Below are positions 52,450 through 64,000 of a stretch of 64,000 nt of DNA, piece after piece. Both the position numbers and the translations under genes were made by a program. Where the stretch lies: assembly GCF_964194155.1 (NCBI RefSeq), contig NC_135894.1, positions 2,356,001-2,420,000 of the forward strand, read 5' to 3'. Source of the DNA: Cetorhinus maximus. Lineage: Eukaryota. The notes under the pieces were generated by a model. That model was not told the DNA's origin. It saw nothing but the letters and a program-made list of their open reading frames with translations, and did no database searches. How positions within the stretch are numbered: position 1 is the first letter of the stretch; the number at the start of each line of letters is the position of its first letter.

Positions 52450-53400
52450 ACAAATGACCTTTAGACCACTTCTTGATGAACCTTTTTTTGGTGTTGTCTC
52501 ACTGCTTAAACATATCTATGTTGGGTAGGAGGAATGAGGAAGTCTACTTGCCTGGAACAGCAAACGCGCTAAACCCATCCTTGGTAACTCCTGCTGCAGG
52601 TGTAGCAGATAGGGAGGGACAACTTAACTAGATGTCAGGGCATGTGGGCGTTGATGGGCACAGGAAAACATGCAGGAGGCTATTGTGTCCAGATACCGTT
52701 TGATCCAGCATCACTTCACATGAAGGTTGCCCTGGAACTGTGTGAAGCAAAAGTTGGAAAGAAGAGGTGGGAGCTCATTACACCAAGGACACGGCATTGT
52801 ATCCATCATGTATCTAATGGCATGTCACTCATGAGGAAGGTGTGCTGGATATTGAACGTAGCCTGTCAGGAAAAATTGATAATCACATAGTCTCATGCAG
52901 GTCAGGCCAGGTAAGGATGACACTCTTCATTCCTTCCCGGGCGTTGGAGAGGTTGGGGGGAAGGGAAGGTGTGGAGGGGTGGATGATCTTTTTGAATGGT
53001 GAAGACGAATGGTGAACACATAAACCTCTGTCGCTGATCCCTTCGCCTGTGCACTGAACCCCACACTATGTCCACAATTTCTCACACTGTAGTTTGAGTC
53101 TCTGGGCTGGTGCCAGATGAGTGTGATGGTGACTTTTCGGCCACGCCTACCGCCTGCTGGTGTCCCAGCCCTGACTCCTCCACGGCGACAGGGTCAGCAC
53201 CTCCGGTATCTGTGAGGGAAACAAAATGCTGTCATCAGATTAGGTGATACAGAACATTTTTTATTTCCTGGAGACCTCCTTCCAAACCAACCTGGTACTC
53301 AGTTGCTTCCATTCACTCTCTCCCTGGATGAACTCTCTCATACATTGGAGCTGCACATTATTATTCTCACCGTCGCTGCCAAGCCCAGAACACAGCCCTC
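52450..53400 (-). mobile_element. Probable Harbinger Myb/SANT second-ORF remnant
   Basis: LQCMREF..TRLVWKEVSRK at ~53260-53350 on -, convergent with upstream transposases. Confidence 0.4.
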
Positions 53401-54250
53401 CTCCAACACTGGACCACCGACAGCCCACTTCACCACTGGAATAAGCACCAGGGGCTTTTAAACCTAGTAGAGACTTGCTGTAAATCAAAGGTTTCTTGAA
53501 CGGTCTTCAGCTAATTTGCATTGCCATATCCTCCTCAGATCGAATGACTCGGGGATTTATGGAAACACGACCCTCTGTAGCCCTCGGGAGTTGTGCGGAA
53601 CTTCCCATGCATTGCCTAGAGGGTAAGGTTGATATGGTGCCTCATCGGATCACGGTGAATGGTTATTCCTCCAAGAAATCGACACGGCGTACACCTCAAT
53701 GTCAACCTTTATCATTGGCACTGGTGCTTCACATTGTCCAAGGGCTCACGCTCCTGTACCTTTGATGTGCCTCGTGTTCCCGGTGCCCACTAAAGGCCTG
53801 GCATGCCATATGCGGTGATGCCAGGCTGCATGACCTATAGGGATATCTCCCTCAATTTGGTGGAGCACAGAAGGTCACTGGAGTGCTTGTGCTTTTGGCA
53901 CTGTATCCAGATCCTCTGATGGTCCCCAGCGTACCAGATGTTCTCCGCTATGTTCACACAAGAAGCAACTTCTGTGGTGGCCAGAGGGAACCTGATTCCT
54001 TCAGGAATCAGGATGTCCCTGTGTGTGCTTATCTCCGTAAGAAACATCCCTTGGGACATATGTTTAACTGTGTTTGTGAGTAGATTCAAGAGTTTGTTCT
54101 CGTGCGTTTCCATGTGTTTTGCATCCGATCTTTTTCCACTTATGAGCCAATGTGTGTAACTGTGTGCTTCCGTGTGTGAGTGACTGTTGATATGTGTTTG
54201 TGAGTGTGAGCGTACATTTTTTCTTACTGAACCTCTGTGCCTGAATGTGC

Positions 54251-54591
54251 TTTTATTTATTCGTTCATGGGATGTGGGTGTCATTGTCACTGGCCAGTTA
54301 TTCCATATCCCTAGTTTAGGGGACATATAGGTGTAAACCACATGGGGCTTTGGGCTTGGAATCACATGCAGACCAGTCAATTTTCCTTCTCCAAAGGACA
54401 ATATTGAATCATGTCGTTTTTTATAGCAAACGACAAGTATTCATGGTTCCCATTAGACACTTAATTACCGATTATAATTGAATTCAAATTCTACCATATC
54501 CCGTGGCGAGATTCGAGTCCAGGTACCACGGAACATGACCCTGGGTCTCTGGATTACTAGTCCAGCAGATATCACATGCCAAATCCTCCTC
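54251..54591 (-). mobile_element. Near-complete tRNA-derived SINE
   Basis: Tail ttattcgttcatgggatgtgggtgtc; reverse B box gattcgagtcc; ctgggtctctggattactagtccag head. Confidence 0.85.
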
Positions 54592-54599
54592 TGAGTGTT

Positions 54600-55440
54600 T
54601 GCGTAAGTATCTGTCATTGACTTTATATCTTTCTGCGTGTTTCTGTGGGTGTTTTGAGTCTGCGCTTAAACGTGAGTGTGCGTCCCAATGCTTGTGTGTG
54701 TGTGTCTGAGAGAGACAGAGAAAAAGTGTGCGTGCGTGTGTATTTCAGTGTGTTTATTTGTGTGTCTCTTTGCGTGAGCATGTGAGTGTGCGTTTAAACG
54801 AATTAGCACCTGTATGAGTGTCTGTGTTTGTATGTGAGTAAGCATATGATTCTGTGTGTATGTGTAACCCAAATACCTGCTTTTTTTTTGCATGTATGTT
54901 CGTGAGTGTGGGTGAGATTGTGTTTGGTTGTGCGTCTGTGTGTTTTATTGAATATGTGTGAGAGAGCGAGTGTGTGCCTGTGAGTGTTTGTGTTTCATTG
55001 CATGTGTGTTTGACGCAAATGGTGCTTGACTGTGTGCGTGCTAGTTTGCATTTGTGTTTGTTTTTTTCTCCCTGTGAGTGTTTATGCTTATGTGCTTGTA
55101 CTTTTCGATGTATGGCTGGCCTTCTTCCCGTGTGTGTATTGGTGTGTGCGTTTGTATTTATATGTATGTGTCCCCATGATTTTGTATCAGTTTGTCTGCC
55201 ATTGTTTGTGTTTGTGTATGTGTGTGCATGCGCCTATTTCTGCCTGTGTCCTTCTCTGTTAGTGCTTCTGTGCAGGCGGACATGTGTGCTTATTTCTGCA
55301 TGTTTCTTTGTGTTTATACGTGTGTGCTTATTTCTGCCCTTGCATTTCTGTGTGAGTTCCAGCCTGTGGGTTCCTCTGTGCTGTTCTGTGTGCACGTACA
55401 CGTGTTTGTGTTTGTGAGTGTGTGCGTGTTTTTGTGTCAT
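54600..55440 (+). repeat. TG-rich tract in the intron of copy B
   Basis: Same composition and strand as 23141-33520 but much shorter. Confidence 0.9.
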
Positions 55441-56554
55441 TCTCATATGAGGAAACAACTTTCTTTCCTCCCTCTCCTATGGGATTCGAGACCGGTATTG
55501 TGTCGCTTGCGGTCTGTCGGTCTGAATAGTTAACCGGGCTTTCCACTGTTATTTCTGGCTCCCCCCATCAAAACCGTGTCCCCTCCTATCATTCCTCTTA
55601 CGATCATATTACATTCCTGAGGAACTTGTTGGGAGAATTGAAGAGGGATTCGTGAGTTGTTCATAACTGGAATGTTGAAGTGTGGATCATGGAAAATTGA
55701 CGCCGTGGCAACAGGACAGGGAGAGATATTCTAATGAAAAAAATATTCATAACGTACATTGCATAAGGGAGTTTTGTATGCGTCATCTAAAATACGTTAT
55801 TTTTCTTCAAGAAACAATGAGAAAACCAAAAAGGCCTTCATAGTTTTCAACCAGTGCCTGTAGGACTGTAGAAAAGGGACATGTTCCTGTCTTCCAATTA
55901 GACTAAACTCAGTGCAGATTACATATCTAGGAAAAATAAAAAAAAATATTGTTGCGTCTGTGTTTTAATGGTGGAACTGTTTACGTTTTTCCTCACTGGT
56001 TTTGAAATAAATAAATGTTTATCCTTTCAATGTATTATTAAAATTACAAGAAAGCCTGTTTTGTGACTGTTCTTATAAACTACAGTACTCGAGAGGCTAC
56101 GCCCTCCTCCTCAGAAATACATATGTTTGCATTCAGTAGTGAAGCGGAGAAAATGATAACATATCACACATCTCTCCTCTGTCCAAAAACATTAATAATC
56201 TCAAGTTCTTCCCAGTGACCCTCAGCTCCCCTTAATTCTTGGCTTCTCTCATTATCACTGAGCCCTCCCATCATCCTTTCGCTGCCAAGTCACCATTGGG
56301 TCAGCCTATTACGTCTGACTGTCCCATAAATAACCCTCACTCCCCTTCTTACTTTCTTGCCGTATTTGTTTGTTAATCTATGTTTCCTTCCACTGTTTCA
56401 AGAACATACTGGTATGTTTTATTCAGTTCCACTTATTTCAATACACCAATGGATTCAGTCACGCATTTGACAATATCAGAAAATCCTCAATCAGACTGAT
56501 AACATCATCCCAAGGCTGATGAATAATGTCATTGCTCATTTCCCTTCCTTACAG

Positions 56555-57396
56555 TGAACTTAATCACAATTGTGACACTGAAGGGCAAAAACTGTGTTCT
56601 GACGAAAAGTATCAGTTTTCACCTGGCGGTCATAGCAGTGACGGAAATAGTGGCCATTATCGTGGATCTGATATTGAGAAACATTATGATTGCTTTTCGG
56701 TAATAGTTTGTTTTCCTGCATCCCTTCCTAGTATGTTACGTCCAATCCGTACTGATTTATGCTGCCAGTGAGTGTTCTGTCTGCTTCACTGTCAATTTCT
56801 CCTTTGACCGATTTATGGGCATTTGATTTCCGAAACTAAAAATAAAATATTGCAGCGAGAAAACGGCGATTGTGACTCTGGGAACAGTGACTGTACTCAG
56901 CTGCTGAAAGAACATTTTCTGGCATTTTATGAACAGTGGTCGGTACATTGCCAGGTTTTGTGATATCAGACTCGGTGGTATGTTCTCTCCGTTCTGGGTA
57001 ACATTCGAGTTCCTTTGCAATATTCTAACCCCCTGTGTCCCATTTGCCCAGATTCTGCTGCTCAATGTTTTCACCGTCAGACACATTTCAATGAGCAGCA
57101 GAGCCCGCAGGAGACTCCGGGCTCATAGCAGTGGGGAGAGTCGCAGAGAGCCAAAGATGGAGAGTCGAAGGAAATCCAACATTATATTGTTTGCAATCTC
57201 GGCCAATTTCACACCGTTAAGGTCAACGTTAAAGCTTTATTCTATTTGGTGACTGATGCGGGATTTGGTTTATTGTTCAACATGGTTAGATCCGCCTGTT
57301 CTTGAATTGATTTAAGCCGTGACACAGACTCTGTTCAGACAGCAGTAGAAGAAGGTGCTAAAATATTGCTTTACTCAAATTCTTCATTTACTTTAA
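56555..57396 (+). pseudogene. GPR139-like GPCR pseudogene copy B, exon 2
   Basis: ttacag|(V)NLITIVTLKGKNC..FSFDRFMGI..TPCVPFAQILLLNVFTVRHI..SRARRRLR..MESRRKS; in-frame stops at 56701, 56704, 56824, 56905, 57250, 57313, 57346; 42-bp TM7 deletion relative to copy A. Confidence 0.9.
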
Positions 57397-57619
57397 CGAT
57401 GAGAAGAACTCAATCTCTCAGTGTTTCAGTTGGCCGTGCTGACTGTCGGACATGGTTATCAATTGCTGTTCGACAGAAAAAACACACCTCCTGTGCCCTC
57501 TGCCATTCAATTGGCCCGGCTGCCCTCACATCATGCATATCATTTACTGGTTAGATGGAAGAAGCTGCCGCTTGTTGGATTCCCCTTCCTGATTCGGAAA
57601 GAAAAATTACACAATGTAA

Positions 57620-58170
57620 CAGAGAGACAGAGAGTGAGGGAGACAGAGGAAGAGAGAGAGGGGAAACCAGAGACTGAGATAGGGTGAGAGAGAAAAATCG
57701 ATAGGCAGAGTGATAGCGATAGAGCGGAGAAGTAAACAGAGAGAGGGAGAGACAGGCATAGAGCTACGGGGTAGCCAGCGAAAGAGAGAGGAGCAGAATG
57801 GCAGAGAGAGGGAGAAAGAAATGCAGAGAAGAAGAGGGAGAGGGAGTGGGGCAGAATGAGAGAGAGGGAGAGACAAGGAGAGCGAGAGAGAGACAGAGTA
57901 AGAGGGAGGGATTTGGGGACAGAGTGAGGGACAGGGGGAGACTGACGGAGAAGGAGAAGGAGTGAGATAGAGAGCGACAGACAGAGGTATAGAAGATGTA
58001 GAGGTGGAGACATATAGACCAAGAAGGAGGGATGGACAATGAGCGAGATGAGAGACGGAAAACGGGATTTTGACGATGGTTGTGGGCAATTCCGAGAGGT
58101 AGAGAGAATGGGAACCCGATGCAGAGCAGGAGAAACTGTGATCGGGAGAGAGAAATGAGGAGGCAGAGAT
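57620..58170 (+). repeat. GA-rich polypurine tract 3' of copy B
   Basis: Purine-rich GA/GACA words. Confidence 0.95.
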
Positions 58171-58793
58171 TTACCAACTCCCAGTTAGATGAACGATTTA
58201 ACGGTGTGGTGGCTGTGCAAATCCAGAACACCCATGTCGCTGTTGCTAATGTGCTCACCTTCCAATCCACGTTAATCGACAAGGTTGGGAACTGCACAGA
58301 GGACAAATACGCCTTTTGGAATAGGGCCAGCAAATGCCAGTAAAAGGTTACTGTCAAGATGCATGGTAAGGGAAGAATACTCCACCTTCCTTCCAGCGTC
58401 ACTATTGGGCGAAGTCCCATCCACCTTATCTAAGATGGAGAGTTACAGCACGGGGTTATGTCCAAAGTTAATCTCCCACAACACAGTCTCCATAAAACCA
58501 AGAAAGGTGCAGAACGGCGTTAGGCATAGAGGAATTCTCCCGCCACACTGACTCCTTTAAACGCTCCCTGGGTAGGAACATCCCATGGTTATAAAATGGG
58601 GAAGTAATGTCAACACTGTCACCGTTAAACCCGCCCCAGGCGATCACAGCCACGGGGTTGGATGCAGAATCCAGTTTCCTCAGAAGGACACCGTATGATA
58701 CCCCAGAGCAGTTAGACATGGGCATGGAAAGAATATATTTCGCTCGACACTTAGTCGTCTAAAAGTCTGCGCCTGTTCGACTTGATGTTCGTT

Positions 58794-58937
58794 ACAGTGT
58801 AGAGCCCATTTTGCACAGCCTAATCAAACAGTGATGCGCCAGGCACAGCTTTAGGTTTGTTACAGAGTAAAACTCCATCTAGACAGCCTTATCAAATAGT
58901 CACAGGGCAGTTTGAACATAGGGTCGACAGAAAGTGA
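58794..58937 (+). repeat. About two degenerate units of a ~68-bp tandem repeat
   Basis: acagtgtagagcccattttgcacagcctaatcaaacagt (58794) versus acagagtaaaactccatctagacagccttatcaaatagt (58862). Confidence 0.6.
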
Positions 58938-58959
58938 CGTAGGAGCAACAGTAACCAAT

Positions 58960-59560
58960 AAGATCATGATTGATGTGGCTGTATGTCAGCTCCACGTCTT
59001 GTCTGCTATCAAATACTTGATATGCTTGAATAACGAAAATCTGTTTCACTCAGCCTTGAAGAAATGTAATCACCAAGCCTCCCGGGTTATCTGGGGAACA
59101 GGATTCCGTACAGCAATGACACTTTTGGAACTATTAAAAAAACACTTGTCACTGAATAAAACGGGGATCTCTTTTTTTAAAAAATATGCCCGCTAGTTTG
59201 ATACTAACTCAGGAGAGGAATCATCCCCTGTGCGCCCACTCTATACCATCCCCTCTGGGCCTTATATATTTGAATATTATCATAAAGATTCATCCTAAAG
59301 ACCAATGGGTTTAGTTCCGACCTCATCAATCGTTCTTCAAAAGTTGAGCCCTTCATTTCAGGAATGAGTCAAGTGCACATTCTCTGAACTGCTTCTACAG
59401 AGTTTATATAGTTTTTTTCTCTCTTCATAAGTACATGAAAATTGCACACACAACTCCATTGTCCCCAGTCCTTCCCATGATATGTAAAGCTGCACAAGAA
59501 CTTCCCTACATTTATATTCCATTCATATTCCAAAGCACACGAGCGCTCAATTTGCTTTCG
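58960..59560 (-). mobile_element. Highly decayed CR1 3' fragment
   Basis: Parallels the reverse CR1 ends at 904 and 45497. Confidence 0.5.
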
Positions 59561-59609
59561 AAATGGAAATGTATGCTTTACATGGATTCACATTCCCTGT
59601 ACACTGCTT

Positions 59610-59900
59610 TCGTTGATGGAAGGAAGGTCATTGGCGAAGCTACTGTAGATGGCTGGGCAGAGATCAAAACCGTGAGAAACTCCTGAAGTGATGTCGTTGA
59701 AACTAGATGATTTACCTCAAAAAACCACAGCCATCTTCCTTGGTGCTAGGTATGACTCCAAGCATTAAAGAGATTTCCACCAGCTTTACGTTGACTTCAG
59801 TTTTGCGAGGGCTGTTTGATGCCAGACTCGCACAAAGGAGCCCTTGCAATCAAGGGCAATCACCGTAACCTGACCTCGGAAGCTCAGCTCTTTTGTCCTT
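59610..59900 (-). mobile_element. RT fragment of the second LINE family
   Basis: Reverse complement parallels 20955-21245. Confidence 0.7.
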
Positions 59901-60369
59901 GTAGAGCAGGAGACACTGCGAGCGGCAGAGAAAAATCAGGAGGCAGGGAGTCATCGACTCTCAGATAGACGGACGGATAAACATTTTATATTAATTATTT
60001 GATGCTGGAATTCATGTCCCCTCCTTAATCTTTGTCGCTCACCCTCTGTTCTCCCCACCCACCCGCATCTTATTATGAGGAAAATAACATTGTTTAGGTG
60101 TTGCCCGATAAATACAGTTTTACCACTGTATTCCTGAGCCAACCCCAAAGCCATTAAGACCGATGGGCCCGCTTCAATTGTATTACTGGCTCACTGCAAA
60201 AAAAAATATTTTTTATATTCCCCCCCGTTCCATGCACTGTCTGCTCTACCAAACGCCATTGCATTGTCACTTGGTTCAGGGCTGTCCCTCTCACATCCAC
60301 CCCAAACCCCCGCACCCACATGCACCACATACCCACTCAGCCAAGACTCTCCACCTCCAATTCCAAGGA

Positions 60370-60660
60370 CCCATAGAAATGTACGACACATAAATAGGCC
60401 ATTCAGTCCACCGTGTCTGCCAATGCTGAAAATATATAGTCGCCCATTCTATTCTGACATTCAGGTACCCGATGCTTATCCTTGCAGGGTAAAATCTTTA
60501 GGTGCTAACCCGGGCGCACTTTGAATGAGTTGAGAAGTTCTGCCTCAGCCACAATCCGGGAAGTGGATTCAACACACCAATCACCCTCTGGGTGAAAATG
60601 TTTTTTTTTCATGTCACCATCCATTCTTTTGCAAATCATCATCAATCAGTGCCCCGTCCT
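60370..60660 (-). mobile_element. CR1 3' end fragment
   Basis: catagaaatgtac..aggccattcagtcca..caccctctgggtgaaaatg. Confidence 0.7.
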
Positions 60661-60809
60661 ATTTCAAAACAGCAAAATCCCACAGATTGTAGCTGCAGGG
60701 ACATTGGAATTTTGGGAAACTTGTTTATTTGACTGCCCGCCCCAGCAGATTCTGTTAGTCTTATTCTTTTGTTTATCCACCTGCCCATTCATTCTCACTG
60801 TTTCATAAA

Positions 60810-61545
60810 TATCTCCTCTCTGCCCCTGTCTGACCCCCTCTCTCTCTGTCTCTATCTCTTTCGTACTTTCTCTCTCACTGCAGCATCAATCCCTCTCTCC
60901 CCCTCATGCTTTTTCTCTCGATGAATCCTCAACCCGCCCTTTCTCTCTCCTCTTGTCCCTCTGTCACACTCTCCTGCTCTCTCTCTGCCTCTCTTTTTCT
61001 CTCAAGCTGTATTTATCACACATTCCTCCCTCAAACACTGATTTNNNNNNNNNNNNNNNNNNNNNNNNNNNNNNNNNNNNNNNNNNNNNNNNNNNNNNNN
61101 NNNNNNNNNNNNNNNNNNNNNNNNNNNNNNNNNNNNNNNNNNNNNNNNNNNNNNNNNNNNNNNNNNNNNNNNNNNNNNNNNNNNNNNNCTCATTACTCTG
61201 TGACTGTGTACATCTCCTTCCCTTCTCTCTCTCTTTTTTTATCTCTATACGCCCACCCAACATCTCACTCTATCCCTCCCCCACAATTTCCCATTGTTTC
61301 TCTCCCTGTCTCACTCGGTATCTCACTGTCATTCTCACGCTATATTTCTTGCATTCCTTCCGTCAAGTTCTGTTATTTCCCTCTCTCGCTCTCACTGTTT
61401 CCAGCCGTTTTTTCTGTGTCTCTCGACATTATCTATCTCTTTTATTTATCTCCCGCAACCTCTCTCCATCTCCCTCTGCACCCCTCTGTCTCTCTCCACC
61501 TGCTTCCCATAAGTCATTGGATGGAAATGCGGAAGGAGAGAGAGA
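60810..61545 (+). repeat. CT-rich polypyrimidine tract containing a gap
   Basis: (CT)n-like words. Confidence 0.9.
61045..61188. other. Assembly gap (144 N)
   Basis: Run of N. Confidence 1.
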
Positions 61546-62899
61546 GAAGGACGGACAGGGCCAAAATAAACTAAATTGAACATTCGTTAAACCCTCAGTC
61601 CATTACAGTGCCTCAGATGCCAGCATTATGCAGGATTTACAATATAGCTATGCTAACAAAGTTAACTTTGAGCCCTCCTGATTGCTTTGCAGTCGATCAA
61701 TTCACCTAGTCAACGATGTAATTTTGGAAATTCAGCGTGTAATACCCAAAACCACACAGGCAAGGCTGAAAGGAGCAAATGGCAAATGGTACCCACCCCT
61801 TCGACTCCAGATCCCATTCCCCGCACCCCCGCCCCACCCAACCCCCCGACCTACCACACCCGCCAAATCTCCCCTTCCACGTTAAAATAAAGGCCAGACA
61901 AATACTTGCATTTTGAACATTTATAAAAAGATTAAATATGGAAAAAAATCGCTGATCGGAGATACAGAGAGAGATAGGGAGAAACAAATCAGTTGACACG
62001 GAGAACAGAAGTGCGTGAGCACAGCAAGATCCCAAAGCTGTAATCAATTCATATTCAGGTAGGAAACTGGGAGCCTGTCCATCACTCGGCTCAAGCATGC
62101 TTTAAAACCGTCTTCCCTACTCTGTGTGTGCTCTGAGCTTAAGGTCACCCCCAAAGCTCGCACCCACCTAATCTCCCTACTACACTTCTGTCCCCACAAA
62201 GAGTTAAAATTCCTCTTTACACTTGGAAGAAGAAATCATCTACACTGTGTTTTACTTTTCCTTGTGGATCACTATTTCCGAAAGGATGTGAGAGCAGCTG
62301 GACACTGAAAACAGAATGCAGAACCGTCAAGGCCCTGGGCCTCCTCAAGCACAACGCCGCAACCACCACCCACTCAAATTAAATCTCTCTATATGTTTCA
62401 CCCACACTCTCTCCTCTCTCTCTCTTACCCTGCTTTCCCCACACACTCCCCATTTCCCTCTCCCTCTGCGTTTTTGTCTCACTCTCTCCTTTCTATCTCC
62501 CTCAGCAGATGTTAGAGGAACAGACAGAGATACACGCACACATCCACAACCTGAAAAATAGCAAACTGCGTTCATCTGGGACCTCTGCATTTCATATATG
62601 CCTGAAATCCATCACTCTCAATAATGAATGTTCTAAACCACTTGTACATAGCAAAATGCCAACAATGACCACACTTTAAGCTTCGATTGTAAGCTGAATA
62701 CTCTCTTGCTGACTCTCAAGTATCACGTGACAATGTGAAACCACTGACCAATGAATCCTTATCACGGACTTTTAAGGAGGCTCAAGCATGTTGCAACTCT
62801 AAACATCTCTGCAAATAAACATTTCTGTTGCTTTTCGAAACATGTTCGCAATAAGAATTTATTATAATAACAAGTATAAGTTTTCTGAACATCTGATTG

Positions 62900-63255
62900 T
62901 GTATTTATTTGCCAACCTCGCTGTTCTTTTCCCCTCTCTCGCTCTATTTATCGCTCTATTTATCTGTCGTTTCCTTTTTCTGCGTCTCCCCCTCCCTTTC
63001 CCTGCCCGTTTCTTGCTGTCTCTCTTTCTTTCTGACGCTATCTCTTTCTAACTGTATATCTTTCTGGCATTCTCTTTTTTAGCTGCCCCTCTCTCTGTCT
63101 CGTTTTCTCGACCACTCTCTGTCTATTTCTGGCCCTCTCCCGCTCTTCTTCTCTCTCCTTCACTCACTCTCTCTCTCTCGCTCTCGCTCTCGCTCTCAAT
63201 CTCGCTCTCCCCTCTTCTCTTTCAGTCTCTCTCATCCTCCCTCACTCTCTACCTT
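62900..63255 (+). repeat. CT-rich tract with (CTCTCG)n
   Basis: ctctcgctctcgctctcg at ~63175-63200. Confidence 0.9.
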
Positions 63256-64000
63256 AGGGCACATTACTGAGAGACAGACATCATTAAAATGGCGGATGCA
63301 CATTCACATGTAATCCTTAGCTCCACCCCTTCCTAAAAATGAATTAAAATGCCTTATTTGCTTTTGATTTCACCGCCATAAGAAACCCTTCTCTCTCCTT
63401 CAAAGGCACTGATCTCCACTCGTGACGTTGGTAGCAAACGACAACTTGGATAAATTTTCACGAAATGTGAAACACCTTTCATAAATCTCTAAGCAATAGT
63501 AGATGTTCATAATGATACAGGTTGCTTAGGAATACCTTAAGCTAGTATCTGGCTCAGGTGTTAGGCCCTTCAAAGGGTCTCCCTGCACAACGTCGGAATG
63601 GCTGCCCTAACTAATCTACCTACTGCAGTAACAATGCCCTTTACGGTTATTTCATTAGACATCTTTCTGACCCTGGCCCTTGCTTTCTAAGGTGATGCAT
63701 TTAATCAGAACGTCCAATGGGATTACTAAATCGCAAACTGACCGTCCATGACAACCTCTGCATGGTCATGTACTGCCTCAGCATTGTCCTCATCTGCATG
63801 ACAACAGTGTCTTGAGGCAGGAAGAAGGACATTCACACATTTCCGCGTTGCCATTGTCTCATTCTGTTTCTGTTGAAAAATTGTCTGTGGGAAAGCACAC
63901 CTCGGTGACATGTGTTGAAGTGCCTGTGTGTGTATGTGTAAGTGTTTGTGTGTGTGTCTGTGTGTGTGTGTGTTTGCTCATTGTGCGTGTGCCTCTGTCT

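Noticed and set aside
54490-54591. tRNA gene
   Set aside because: SINE head with degenerate boxes; no cloverleaf
55470-55545. B-box-like ggattcgagaccgg
   Set aside because: No convincing A box, body or tail
63690-63910. Possible Harbinger transposase acidic C-terminus on -
   Set aside because: No diagnostic motif; composition only

Overview
Eukaryotic, repeat-dominated genomic DNA with two assembly gaps. The repeat families and gene type point to a cartilaginous fish, probably a shark (inference from sequence recognition, no search run). I found no intact protein-coding gene. The main host-gene content is two tandem, same-strand (+), two-exon class A GPCR pseudogenes of the GPR139/GPR142-like type. 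Copy A spans 13633-34854 and copy B 44903-57396. Each has a phase-1 intron inside TM1, a TG-rich intronic tract and a GA-rich 3' flank. Copy B carries five degenerate copies of a 42-bp (14-aa) N-terminal repeat rich in N-glycosylation sequons, where copy A has one. The rest is nested, decayed TEs: CR1 LINEs, a second LINE family with its partner tRNA-SINE, Tx1-type L1, L2, Penelope (with a hammerhead relic), a Gypsy element with Gmr1-like layout and several PIF/Harbinger elements. TE boundaries were read by eye (roughly +/-50-100 bp), and family names come from motif recognition.
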